Positions 38,044-47,408 of a stretch of 64,000 nucleotides of DNA are shown here, piece by piece. The DNA is taken from positions 1 through 64,000 of IMG/VR virus record IMGVR_UViG_3300018878_000133. One strand, written 5' to 3'. A model generated the notes under the pieces. That model was given only the letters and a program-made list of their open reading frames with translations. It was not told the origin of the DNA and ran no database searches. Every line of letters starts with the position of its first letter. Position 1 is the stretch's first letter. The translations under genes were made by a program, and so were the position numbers. The stretch is from a virus. Lineage: Duplodnaviria > Heunggongvirae > Uroviricota > Caudoviricetes.

Positions 38044-38771
38044 TGAGTATGTACGACCTTCCTTTCTTCCCTGTTGCTGGTGGTATAGGAGACACCGGCA
38101 AAGACGGTATTTCTCCTACAATTACAGTTACAGATACTGATGGTGGGCATAGATTAACTATCGTAGATGCTGTTGGTTCAAAAACTGTAGATATTTTAGA
38201 CGGTGCTGATGGCATTGATGGTCAGCAAGGCGCTGCTGGCAAAAACGGAATAAATGCCATAATCACAGGTGCTACCGCATCTGTTGATAATACTTCTGGA
38301 ACACCTAAAGTCTCTGTGGCTTTAGGTGGTACTGAAAGTGCTAGAACTTTTGAATTCTCTTTTACAGGGTTAAAAGGTGCTAAGGGTGACCAAGGTCCTC
38401 AAGGAGCTAGTATCCAAGGAGAAAAGGGTGATACAGGTGATAATGGTTTAACACCGTTTATTAATGATGCAGGCAACTGGCAAATAGGTGATAATGATAC
38501 CGGCATAAAAGCTGCTGGAACTGCTGGTAAAGACGGCATAGGTATTAAATCAATATCTATAACTGATACTGATGAGCTTTTGATTACCTACACTAATAAT
38601 GACGAAGTTAATCTTGGTAAAATTGTTGGCAATGATGGTGTACAAGGCCCTGCTGGACCTCAAGGAGAACCTGGCCAACGTGGTGAAACTGGCCCTGCTT
38701 ATGTATTAACTGAAAGTGATAAAGCTGAAATTATTGCTGCTGTTGTTGCAGAAATTAATTCACAAGCTTAG
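38043..38771 (+). CDS. collagen-like (Gly-X-Y) repeat fibre protein
   Basis: Multiple G-x-x runs: 'GADGIDGQQGAAGKNG', 'GAKGDQGPQGASIQGEKGDTGDNG', 'GNDGVQGPAGPQGEPGQRGETGP'. Confidence 0.7.
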   Translation: MSMYDLPFFPVAGGIGDTGKDGISPTITVTDTDGGHRLTIVDAVGSKTVDILDGADGIDGQQGAAGKNGINAIITGATASVDNTSGTPKVSVALGGTESARTFEFSFTGLKGAKGDQGPQGASIQGEKGDTGDNGLTPFINDAGNWQIGDNDTGIKAAGTAGKDGIGIKSISITDTDELLITYTNNDEVNLGKIVGNDGVQGPAGPQGEPGQRGETGPAYVLTESDKAEIIAAVVAEINSQA

Positions 38772-38797
38772 ATTTAATTGAAAGGCATTTGATATAA

Positions 38798-39517
38798 ATG
38801 ATTAAATTTAGAAGAGGAAAAACTGCTACCTGGTATAAACAAAAGACGCCATTAGAAGATGGTCAGCCAGGCTATGATAAAGATACACATAAAATAAAAA
38901 TTGGTGATGGAAAATCTTCTTGGAGCACGCTGCCAAGTGCCAGTGGTCTTTCTGCAGAAGAAATTTTATCGTCCGAGGTAGAGGCTAAAAACCGTCGCAC
39001 AAAATTATTAAATATACTAGTTAATCCAGTGGCGGCTCTATTAAAGAGAGAAAGCCCGGCAGTTATTACTTACGGAACAGATGCGCCCGACGAGAAAACC
39101 GTCGGGCAAATCTATTTACAGCATTATGATGCTGAACCTGAAGTTGATTATGTAGTAGAATCTGGTGTCGGTAATGGTTGGGTGTACCAAAAATGGTCTT
39201 CAGGCATAGCAAAATGTTCTATGTCTTTAGTTGTTACTACAACTGTTCAAACCGAGTTAGGTGAATCATTATTTAAAAATTCTACTGAAATACCTAGGAT
39301 TAAATATCCATTTAATTTTATAAGCACAGCTGAATTAAAGACTCCAGCTGAAGTTGCTACAGTACAAAGTCCAGACGGTCTTGTATGGTTAGCTACGGCT
39401 AAAAACGGTACAAATACATTAAAAGAATCAGCATCTTATTATATAGTAAGCTCAAATAAGCAAGATAATAGTGCTAATTATAAAATATCAATAAGTGTTA
39501 CTGGTTTTTGGAGATAA
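38798..39517 (+). CDS. tail fibre protein with N-terminal fibre motif
   Basis: 'MIKFRRGKTATWYKQKTPLEDGQPGYD...IKIGDGKSSWSTLP'. Confidence 0.6.
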   Translation: MIKFRRGKTATWYKQKTPLEDGQPGYDKDTHKIKIGDGKSSWSTLPSASGLSAEEILSSEVEAKNRRTKLLNILVNPVAALLKRESPAVITYGTDAPDEKTVGQIYLQHYDAEPEVDYVVESGVGNGWVYQKWSSGIAKCSMSLVVTTTVQTELGESLFKNSTEIPRIKYPFNFISTAELKTPAEVATVQSPDGLVWLATAKNGTNTLKESASYYIVSSNKQDNSANYKISISVTGFWR

Positions 39518-39541
39518 TAAAATTTAAGTGGAGTAAGTTAA

Positions 39542-40588
39542 ATGACAAAATCAATAAGAATAGGTCATGCGTCGCTTAGTGAAAATCGTACAGCTTATGG
39601 TGAAGCTGGCGACCAGGGCTATTATGATGAGTATGGCCGCCACAACGAAGAAGTTAGAATACAAAAGTATTCAGAAAAAACTATAAAAACATCAAACTTT
39701 CACACTGTACTAAGACCAAAAGATTCTGCTGTAGCGGAAAAGTCTGTTATTGCTTGTGAACAGGGTTGTAATAATAATTGTGTAGGGTATTCGCAGAATG
39801 ACCGCCTTTCACTTTATAATGAAGCAGAAAAAGTTGGTTTCGACCTCTCTAAGATAACAGTTAATTGTAACACAGACTGTTCAGCATTTATGGCTGTATG
39901 CGCGATAGCTGCCGGTGTCAATGTGTCTAAAAGTGTAACTACCACATCTATGGTAAAAGCTTTTAAGGATAGTAATAAGTATAATGTTATAACTGACACT
40001 AGTTATTTTAGCGATATTAGTAAACTTGCTCGTGGCGATATATTAGTTAAGCATGGTCACACCATAATGGTTTTAGGAGATGAGGGATCTTCAGCAGATC
40101 CTAGTGTTCCAGGCCCAGAAGTTACTAGTACAATTAGCTTTTCTGGTTTAAAATTAAACGCAAATCTAACTAAAATAACAACATCTTCAATAAGTCTAGC
40201 ATTAGATATTATTAAAATAGAGAATGATGAAGTAGTAGATTCAGTTGATAACACTGAGTATAATTGGTCCTATTTATTAAGTCCAATTACAGCTAAAACT
40301 GAACCATCAGCTGTATCTTTGAGTATGAAAAGTAATAATATAACAATTAATAATGGAATATCTAAAGATTCTACATATAAATTAATAATAAAAGCAACAA
40401 AAAAGTCAGATTCTACAGTATACACTTCGCCAAATATTATTTTTACTACAAAGACAAGTTTTGTGCAGTCTACTAAAACACAAAAGTTTGGTACTGGCAA
40501 TTTTAATAATATAAAAAAATGTAATATGCTTATTAATATAAAAGACTCTTTTAAGCCTACTATTTTATATCATAAGGAGGAGCTATAA
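39542..40588 (+). CDS. hypothetical protein, possible Cys/His peptidase-like N-domain
   Basis: 'NCNTDCSAFMAVCA' ... 'ILVKHGHTIMVLG' gives a Cys-then-His arrangement like NlpC/P60/CHAP enzymes; the family is not confidently recognised. Confidence 0.4.
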   Translation: MTKSIRIGHASLSENRTAYGEAGDQGYYDEYGRHNEEVRIQKYSEKTIKTSNFHTVLRPKDSAVAEKSVIACEQGCNNNCVGYSQNDRLSLYNEAEKVGFDLSKITVNCNTDCSAFMAVCAIAAGVNVSKSVTTTSMVKAFKDSNKYNVITDTSYFSDISKLARGDILVKHGHTIMVLGDEGSSADPSVPGPEVTSTISFSGLKLNANLTKITTSSISLALDIIKIENDEVVDSVDNTEYNWSYLLSPITAKTEPSAVSLSMKSNNITINNGISKDSTYKLIIKATKKSDSTVYTSPNIIFTTKTSFVQSTKTQKFGTGNFNNIKKCNMLINIKDSFKPTILYHKEEL

Positions 40589-40591
40589 GAA

Positions 40592-43363
40592 TTGGCAACA
40601 CTAATAATAGGTGATTTTACAGCTGCACAGATGCACAAACAACACAGAAGAAATGATGAGCTTTATCACGAATTTTCCTACCTTACTGATGATTCTGGTG
40701 AGCTTTCTTGGTTAACAACTAATGCAAAAAATACTATATCATCATTATCCACAAATATTAATAACGTTGTTATAATGATAGGCTTTAATGATTGTGTATA
40801 TAGTTGTATTTGGGATAGTGCTTATAAATTAACTGATATTACTGAAAAGTATATAAATGCAATTAATGACTTAAAAGCTCAGTATCCTAATTTAAAATTT
40901 TATGTTTGCTCTGTTATTCCTGTAGACAGTGATTATCCGCATTCAGAATGCTCAGGCGGAGCTATTTCTAAAAGCAAATTAAATGAGAAAATAGACTCAT
41001 TTAATACGGAAATAAATACAGCAATAACCGACGGCAAATGTAATGTAGCAGGTTTTATAGACTGTAATAAGTATCTAAAAGAGATGAATTTTAGCACTTT
41101 TGACGGTAAACGTTACACAAGAGATGCTATTGTAGCACTAAAAAATTATATTGGATGTTATGTCGATGTATTTACCTCATTTGGTAATTTAACTAGCTTA
41201 GATGGCCCGAGATTTGACTTAAATGAATATCTTGTGTCTGGCAAACTTGTGCCTATTCCACCAAAGGAAGCTGAGCAAGACATCTATAATTATTATGCCA
41301 GCAATAAACAAACTGCTCATGAGGGCACAGGCTCTTGCCCGGCTGGAAAACTAGGTAAAAACCCACATAACCCGCATGATAAAGAGAGTTGGTTTGTACT
41401 TCCAAACTGTAATGCGTATGCTTGGGGTAGATTTGCTGAAATTTATGCAGGACTAACTGGTGATAGTGAACTTGAAAAAAATCCAATAACAGGCGAAGGT
41501 AAATTTTCGTTTATTAATAATAGCCAGGTACTTCCAGGTAAATGGGTTGATATAGCAAAAGGAGAGGGTTATACAGTTTCTTTTGAACCAGAAGTTGGGG
41601 CGGCTGCTTGCTGGCATAAAAACGACCTTGGCGAAGGTCATATAGCCATTGTTGAATATGTATCAGAAGATCGAAATACTATTATAACATCTGAAAGTGC
41701 ATGGTCAAATAACTATAGTTCATGGATTGGTTATGACCCAAATAACAATTCAAAATGGGGACATTTTTTTGTTGCGGAGCGTCACCGAGGTACTAATGGT
41801 CAATGGAATGATCTCGCGCCCAACCATAGATTTGATGGTTTTATTTATCAACCTACAAATAATAGAATAGTCGTTAATAAGTCAGAAGAAACTACAGATG
41901 ATACACCACAACAAGTTGTATTAGATACTGTAGCTAAATCTGATGTCACATGTTCTAATGTAGATTTGCGCAGCTATCCTGAAAAAATGACAAAAAATGC
42001 TTTATATATTTGGCAATATTTATGTGGAAAAGGTTGGTCACCTTCAGCAGTTGCTGGAGTGCTTGGTAATATGGAAGTTGAATCTGGTATGAACCCAGGT
42101 AGAGGCGAAGATGGAGGTAGTGGTTTTGGGCTAGTACAGTGGACACCGGCAAATGATACTTTAATACCTTGGTGTAATAAAAATGGTTTAGATTATACAG
42201 ATATTAATGCACAGTTAGATCGAATTATATATGAAAAAGATACTAATATAGAATATAAAAAAGGTGTCGTTGGAAGAGAATTTGGAATTAAAACGTTTGA
42301 TGAATTTGCAACTAGTGATAAAGACCCTTATACTTTGGGGTGTGCTTGGGCTTTTGATTATGAGCGTTCAGGAGTAGCTATTTGGGGATTTCATCGTAAT
42401 ATAAAAAATGCTAATGTACTGCCTCCACATAGTGGTACTAATTCAGATGGAAGTAAATGGCGACGTACCTATTGTGCTAAAAAAGATTATGATTCAAACT
42501 GTGAAACAACTTGTGAAGCTTATGAGAGCTGTTACAAAAATAGATTCGGAGAAACACGCTGCAATCAGCGAAAAGAAGAAAACAGAGATGTCTTATGTGA
42601 TGAAAGAGGAGGAGCTGCAGAAAGATGGTATGAACGCTTTTCTGGAAAATCTTTTACTGCTAAAAAAGATTTTCTAGCTACAAATCTTATATTGACCAAG
42701 CAAACGCCCACCACAATTAACGCTGCATTTATAACGTTATTTGGAACATCTGGTAGTTGTAGACTTATAAATAATAAGAATGCTTTAGAAATCAATCCGA
42801 CAATAATGATGTCAGACCCTATAGACAATATTAGTATTGGTACTTTTAAATGCGCTAATTTAGTTCCAAATACTGAATATACTATGCTTGTAAGTGTTAA
42901 AAACGACAGCTCTGGAGAAGAAGTATTACTCTCACAAGTATTTACAACTGAGCAGAGCCGCCCAGTACCAGTTAAAACAGCAGAACTTATCACTACGGAT
43001 AACAAAATGCCTTATAACTCTTTTCAATTAAAAACTTCTAAAATTTCAGACTGGGGCTATTGGAAAGTGCATGGTAAGAAAGATACTGAGCTGAAGCAAA
43101 GTTATGGATATACTATCAAGTTAATAGTAAATGGCACTGTAAAAAAAGAAAAAAAATTAAAATCATTAAATAAACCTTTAGATTTCAACATAACTGAATA
43201 TTTTGAATATATACCAAAAATAGGAGATAATATTCAGATAGGTATTCGTACTTGGACGGTAGATAATAATGGCACCATTGTTTATGATAGCCAAGTGGTA
43301 ACAACGTCTAATCCTATTTGTATGTTAACAAAACCTATAGTAACTTATTTAAATACAAATTAA
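40592..43363 (+). CDS. tail-associated multidomain cell-wall hydrolase (SGNH-like N-term, CHAP, phage tail-lysozyme-like domain)
   Basis: TTG start 10 nt after AAGGAGG. 'IIGDF...MIGFNDC' is SGNH-like. CHAP signature 'NCNAYAWGR...GEGHIAIVEYVSEDRNTIITSESAWS'. 'AGVLGNMEVESGMNPGRGEDGGSGFGLVQWT' is tail-lysozyme-like. Confidence 0.7.
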   Translation: MATLIIGDFTAAQMHKQHRRNDELYHEFSYLTDDSGELSWLTTNAKNTISSLSTNINNVVIMIGFNDCVYSCIWDSAYKLTDITEKYINAINDLKAQYPNLKFYVCSVIPVDSDYPHSECSGGAISKSKLNEKIDSFNTEINTAITDGKCNVAGFIDCNKYLKEMNFSTFDGKRYTRDAIVALKNYIGCYVDVFTSFGNLTSLDGPRFDLNEYLVSGKLVPIPPKEAEQDIYNYYASNKQTAHEGTGSCPAGKLGKNPHNPHDKESWFVLPNCNAYAWGRFAEIYAGLTGDSELEKNPITGEGKFSFINNSQVLPGKWVDIAKGEGYTVSFEPEVGAAACWHKNDLGEGHIAIVEYVSEDRNTIITSESAWSNNYSSWIGYDPNNNSKWGHFFVAERHRGTNGQWNDLAPNHRFDGFIYQPTNNRIVVNKSEETTDDTPQQVVLDTVAKSDVTCSNVDLRSYPEKMTKNALYIWQYLCGKGWSPSAVAGVLGNMEVESGMNPGRGEDGGSGFGLVQWTPANDTLIPWCNKNGLDYTDINAQLDRIIYEKDTNIEYKKGVVGREFGIKTFDEFATSDKDPYTLGCAWAFDYERSGVAIWGFHRNIKNANVLPPHSGTNSDGSKWRRTYCAKKDYDSNCETTCEAYESCYKNRFGETRCNQRKEENRDVLCDERGGAAERWYERFSGKSFTAKKDFLATNLILTKQTPTTINAAFITLFGTSGSCRLINNKNALEINPTIMMSDPIDNISIGTFKCANLVPNTEYTMLVSVKNDSSGEEVLLSQVFTTEQSRPVPVKTAELITTDNKMPYNSFQLKTSKISDWGYWKVHGKKDTELKQSYGYTIKLIVNGTVKKEKKLKSLNKPLDFNITEYFEYIPKIGDNIQIGIRTWTVDNNGTIVYDSQVVTTSNPICMLTKPIVTYLNTN

Positions 43364-43364
43364 T

Positions 43365-43376
43365 TGCTAAATTATA
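43365..43376 (+). promoter_or_regulatory. conserved TGCTAAATTATA promoter-like motif (copy 3)
   Basis: Exact 12-mer 37 nt upstream of the 43413 ATG. Confidence 0.45.
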
Positions 43377-43412
43377 TATGAAATAAGATTTCTTTGAAAG
43401 GACTTTATATAA

Positions 43413-44432
43413 ATGGCAAAAGAATTAAAAAATACTATTGTAATTGAAAATTCTACTGGTACTGAAGAAACCTTTAATATAAATGCTGTTGAGGCAGAGC
43501 TAGCTCATACAGCTAATAAGTTAACATCTAAGTTAACTCTTACAAAAGTCAATCTTACCGGTGAGGAAAGTTCAATAGAATTTGATGGCTCTTCTAATCA
43601 AAGTTTAAAAGTTGTTCCAGCAGGTGGAGGTAGTTTTAAGGGTAGAATAACAGTTCCTAATATAGGCGACACTGTTACAGATCAAAAGTCGGTTTTGAAT
43701 TGGTATGATATTAAAAATAAAGTTGTCGATGGCGCGGTAGAAGAATTAGCAAAAACTTCTATTTCTTACAGCTGGGATGGCTCTAATTTAAGCGCAGCTA
43801 CTGATATACCGCAAAGTGCTTTTAATAAAATTCATAGTATAAGTATAATTACCGGTAACGAAAACAACTTAAAAAAGTTTTCAGCTTATAATAAAGTAAA
43901 TAAAAAATTTTCTACTTACTTATATATAAGCAGTGGTACTGGAAATATTTATTTTGGTACTTATGACGAGACAGAACCTTTAAAATTAGCAACTAATGCT
44001 ACACATATAGTTAATGAATTAAATGAGTCAGAGAGTTATGATTATGCGGAAATTGTGAAATTAGCAGAAGAACTCGATAACTTAGATGGAAAAATTGAAG
44101 AAATTAATGACTCAATTAATAACTCTTCTGAAGGTTTACTTGCTCGTCTTGATGCAATACAGCCTATAGTAACTGAATTAAATAGAACAAAAGTGCCAAA
44201 TATTATAACAGACCTTGATAACATTCTAAAAGGTTCTACAAAGGTTCCTAACACTGAATTAGCAGACCTTGCTACAAAAGCAGTATCGGATACGGAAGGT
44301 AAGCCTATTCATTATAATTATTATCGATCTACTTATAAAACTGATCGTACAAATTCTATTTATTTTAGAACGGCTGCCCCAACAGATTCTGATGGTACTG
44401 AAGGGGATATATGGATTGTGTACAATAGTTAA
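43413..44432 (+). CDS. hypothetical structural protein
   Basis: 339-aa ORF; followed by a terminator. Confidence 0.5.
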   Translation: MAKELKNTIVIENSTGTEETFNINAVEAELAHTANKLTSKLTLTKVNLTGEESSIEFDGSSNQSLKVVPAGGGSFKGRITVPNIGDTVTDQKSVLNWYDIKNKVVDGAVEELAKTSISYSWDGSNLSAATDIPQSAFNKIHSISIITGNENNLKKFSAYNKVNKKFSTYLYISSGTGNIYFGTYDETEPLKLATNATHIVNELNESESYDYAEIVKLAEELDNLDGKIEEINDSINNSSEGLLARLDAIQPIVTELNRTKVPNIITDLDNILKGSTKVPNTELADLATKAVSDTEGKPIHYNYYRSTYKTDRTNSIYFRTAAPTDSDGTEGDIWIVYNS

Positions 44433-44439
44433 CACATAA

Positions 44440-44482
44440 ATAAAAATAGCCTTAGTATTTTTTAGCTAAGGCTATTTTTATT
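44440..44482 (+). terminator. rho-independent terminator
   Basis: AATAGCCTTAG-tattttt-TAGCTAAGGCTATT followed by TTTATTT. Confidence 0.7.
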
Positions 44483-44495
44483 TACTAAAAGTATT

Positions 44496-44507
44496 TGCTA
44501 AATTATA
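44496..44507 (+). promoter_or_regulatory. conserved TGCTAAATTATA promoter-like motif (copy 4)
   Basis: Exact 12-mer 28 nt upstream of the 44535 ATG, right after the terminator. Confidence 0.45.
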
Positions 44508-44534
44508 TAGACTTATACTATAAGGAGACTAGAG

Positions 44535-44906
44535 ATGTCAACTAAAATAATTAAACTAAATCGTGGCGATTCTTACATATTTAATATAGATATAACAGAA
44601 AATAATTCAACTGTAAAGCACTTATTAGGTACTAATGAGGCTGTATACTTTGCTTTATTATATCCAAATCAAAGATTTGAAGAGGCTATTGTTTTAAAAG
44701 GTTACAGTTTAGATGATCAAAATCCAGAAACAGGCAAAATTTCTATTAAAATAGAGCCAAATGATACCAGAGCTTTAACACCAGGAGTATATTATTATAC
44801 TGTTAAACTTCAACGAGGCGGCACCTTGGAAGTTGTTGATGACTTTGATGATGCAGAAGAAGTTAGAACTTTAATAGAAAGAACAAAATTTATCATAAAT
44901 GAATAA
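44535..44906 (+). CDS. hypothetical protein
   Basis: 123-aa ORF with RBS AAGGAG. Confidence 0.5.
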   Translation: MSTKIIKLNRGDSYIFNIDITENNSTVKHLLGTNEAVYFALLYPNQRFEEAIVLKGYSLDDQNPETGKISIKIEPNDTRALTPGVYYYTVKLQRGGTLEVVDDFDDAEEVRTLIERTKFIINE

Positions 44907-45090
44907 AATAACTGAAAAATTTATCGTATAATAAATTAAAAAATAATAAAAGTATATTATATATAATAATATAATTAATTATTATAATATATTTATAATA
45001 TATTTTTTATTTGCACAGCAAAATTTTTTAGTTATTGTTGTGCAAAATTTAAAACTTAATACTGTATAATATGATGTAATTAATTTAGAG

Positions 45091-45113
45091 CCAATACTTA
45101 TTTCTTAATGCTG
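45091..45113 (+). repeat. repeat family 'TAGAGCCAAT(A/G)CTTATTTCTTA' copy 1
   Basis: Other copies at 45163-45184, 47378-47399 and 48438-48458; copies 1 and 4 are followed ~30-35 nt later by TTGGCCTTTAT. Confidence 0.55.
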
Positions 45114-45162
45114 GTATAACAGGATACATAAAAGTAGTGTAGTTTGGCCTTTATTATTTATT

Positions 45163-45184
45163 GAGTCTATGCTTATTTCTTACT
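45163..45184 (+). repeat. repeat family copy 2 (TGAGTCTATGCTTATTTCTTA)
   Basis: Near-identical 15-nt core ATGCTTATTTCTTA. Confidence 0.5.
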
Positions 45185-45354
45185 ATCAAGCCATATATTT
45201 TTGATTAACAGAAGCTAGACCAAAATGTACGAGCACAACATTTAAAGAAACTGTACTTATTTCTAAACAATTTTATGGGAAAATTATTTAGTCAGTTCTA
45301 AATATTGTGCTCGTTTTAATTTAAATAATAATAAAAATTAAGGAGAATAGTATT

Positions 45355-47352
45355 ATGCAAATTAACGAAACTTTGAAGTCTATTTTAAGAACTCGTCATT
45401 ATTTAGTTATTGATGATAGTGATTTGGCTACAAATAATTCAGCTTATTTAAACGCATATTTGTTAGCTAATTTCGGTATTATTGTAGATAAGCCTAGTTT
45501 TCTTACTAAGACTATGGTTAATCAGATTGACGAGGAATTTCATTTGAATGTTCCTAAGTCTTTTTATGAGAATCCTCAGGATACTAAATATTTTACTTGT
45601 GAAGAGCTTTTGATTGAGCAGATTGTTTCTTATTTTGCATATGGCTCGGACCTTGGTAGAATTGAAATTTTTAAGAAAGATCTTCCTGAATATGTTGTAG
45701 GTGATGAGCTTAAACTTAGAACCTTCTATATTATAAATAATGAAGAAGCTCGTAAAACTCTATACGATATTACGGATGCTTATTGTGCTTACACTCGTCC
45801 GTTTTCGTGTGATGAATTAGCTGAATTTCTTACTTTGTTTACTAATGGTTTTTATGATGGGTCAGAGGAAATTAAGTGTAAAGACAATGTTTTTGCGCTC
45901 CTTCCTACAGATAAAAGATTTGCTAGATTCTTAGATAAAAAAGATATTGTAAAGCTTTCTGTTCAAAGATTTGGAGATAAAGCACAATTCAAGAATTGCA
46001 AAAAGAATCCTTATGCTTGGAAAGAATTACAGATGCATTTCAGTGAAATTGCTTCTTATATTCCTTATGTAAAACATTGTCCTATGTCTAAGAAACAGGC
46101 AAAGTATTTTAATAAAATCGTTTCTCTTGGCAACCTAAAATTACCCAAAGAAACTAATGTGCAGTCCCCTGATAGAGCGGCTCTTAAAATGCTTTCCGAT
46201 GGTGATATTGTTGCTGCGGCTGATATTTATGCTTCTAATGGTTCTATGTTAGAACGTCGCATTAAGATGCTTCTTTCAAGAGCAAATCCTCAGGAAGCTG
46301 TTGAAATTCTTAATATGATTCCTGCATCTAATCCTGTAGTTCTTTATCAGCTTCTTGCAACTCTTTCAGCAGATGATACTGAAGCAAGAACCTTTACTTA
46401 CTTCCATAATAATAAAGTAAAAACTCACAAGGAAACTGACTATGAAGCTAAATGGCGAAAGTCTAGACTTAACGAAAATACACGTAAGTTCCTTGCTTCT
46501 GTTTGTCTTGATAAGATTAAAGAATATTACAAGTCTTTGCCTTCTCTTGGTAAGATTTATGTAGCTGATAATTTCTATAAGTTAGGTATGCCTACTAATA
46601 CTTCTGCTAGCGGTAAGGGTATTGATGTACTTCCTATTGGAAGCCGTATACCTTGTACTGGAAATAATATTAGAACTTTTGTACATTGGAAGAAAGCTTT
46701 TGATATTGATTCTTCTCTTATCGTTGTAGATAAAGATGATAATTTGTCTACTATGGGCTGGTTCAATTATGGTGCAAAATCTTTTGGAAATGATATCCTG
46801 TTCTCCGGTGATATTACTGGTCCTAATGGTGCAGAGTACTTTGATATTAACCTCGACTCTCTTGCCAAAAAAGGTTATAAGTATGTAGTTCAGACTTTCC
46901 ATGGTTACTGCAGTGAACTTAACAGTGGTGAGATTTATGCTGGTTACCAGAATAAAGAAAATCTTAATACTAAAGCTTGGGATCCTAAGAACATTGAGAT
47001 GCAGTTTAAGGTTTATGGTGATTCTCGTGCTTGCGTAGCTTTTGCTATTGACATTCAGAATCGAGAAGTAGTCATTCTTAATCAGATTCTTGACAGTGAT
47101 GATAGAGTAATTAGACCTGAAGGTTTTAAGACTATCGAAAAATACTTACAGGCTAATTATCTTGACGTTAATATTGGTATGATTGCCGAGTGTCGTGGCG
47201 AGCTTGCGGATAATCCTATGGATGCAAACGTTGTATTTGATGATACTTATGCTCCAGTCATTTCTGAAGACTCTGATGATATCGACCCTGTAAAGCAGAC
47301 CATTATCAGAAGTTATGAATTAGAAAAATTAGTAGCTTTTGTTAATAATTAA
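45355..47352 (+). CDS. hypothetical 665-aa protein
   Basis: Long ORF with RBS AAGGAG; no family recognised by eye. First gene after the AT-rich region and immediately upstream of the tRNA island. Confidence 0.5.
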   Translation: MQINETLKSILRTRHYLVIDDSDLATNNSAYLNAYLLANFGIIVDKPSFLTKTMVNQIDEEFHLNVPKSFYENPQDTKYFTCEELLIEQIVSYFAYGSDLGRIEIFKKDLPEYVVGDELKLRTFYIINNEEARKTLYDITDAYCAYTRPFSCDELAEFLTLFTNGFYDGSEEIKCKDNVFALLPTDKRFARFLDKKDIVKLSVQRFGDKAQFKNCKKNPYAWKELQMHFSEIASYIPYVKHCPMSKKQAKYFNKIVSLGNLKLPKETNVQSPDRAALKMLSDGDIVAAADIYASNGSMLERRIKMLLSRANPQEAVEILNMIPASNPVVLYQLLATLSADDTEARTFTYFHNNKVKTHKETDYEAKWRKSRLNENTRKFLASVCLDKIKEYYKSLPSLGKIYVADNFYKLGMPTNTSASGKGIDVLPIGSRIPCTGNNIRTFVHWKKAFDIDSSLIVVDKDDNLSTMGWFNYGAKSFGNDILFSGDITGPNGAEYFDINLDSLAKKGYKYVVQTFHGYCSELNSGEIYAGYQNKENLNTKAWDPKNIEMQFKVYGDSRACVAFAIDIQNREVVILNQILDSDDRVIRPEGFKTIEKYLQANYLDVNIGMIAECRGELADNPMDANVVFDDTYAPVISEDSDDIDPVKQTIIRSYELEKLVAFVNN

Positions 47353-47377
47353 TATATTTTATTGTAATATATTTATA

Positions 47378-47399
47378 GAGACTATGCTTATTTCTTAAC
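47378..47399 (+). repeat. repeat family copy 3 (TAGAGACTATGCTTATTTCTTA)
   Basis: Same core motif, directly upstream of the permuted tRNA-like element. Confidence 0.5.
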
Positions 47400-47408
47400 G
47401 CCTTTTAA

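Larger units (their letters stand above)
44907..45354. other. AT-rich intergenic control region with repeats and hairpins
   Basis: ~450 nt, >80% AT. Runs of ATAATAAT/TATAAT; inverted repeat TTTGCACA...TGTGCAAA; two copies of the AGAG-C-AAT-CTTATTTCTTA motif; TGTATAAT at 45064. Confidence 0.5.

Noticed and set aside
45355-47352. Considered whether the 665-aa ORF upstream of the tRNA-like elements could be a Ro60/Rsr (TROVE) protein partnering Y-RNA-like tRNA mimics.
   Set aside because: No vWA/MIDAS motif (DxSxS) or other recognisable TROVE feature could be read from the sequence. The idea is kept only as something to test by HHpred, not as an annotation.
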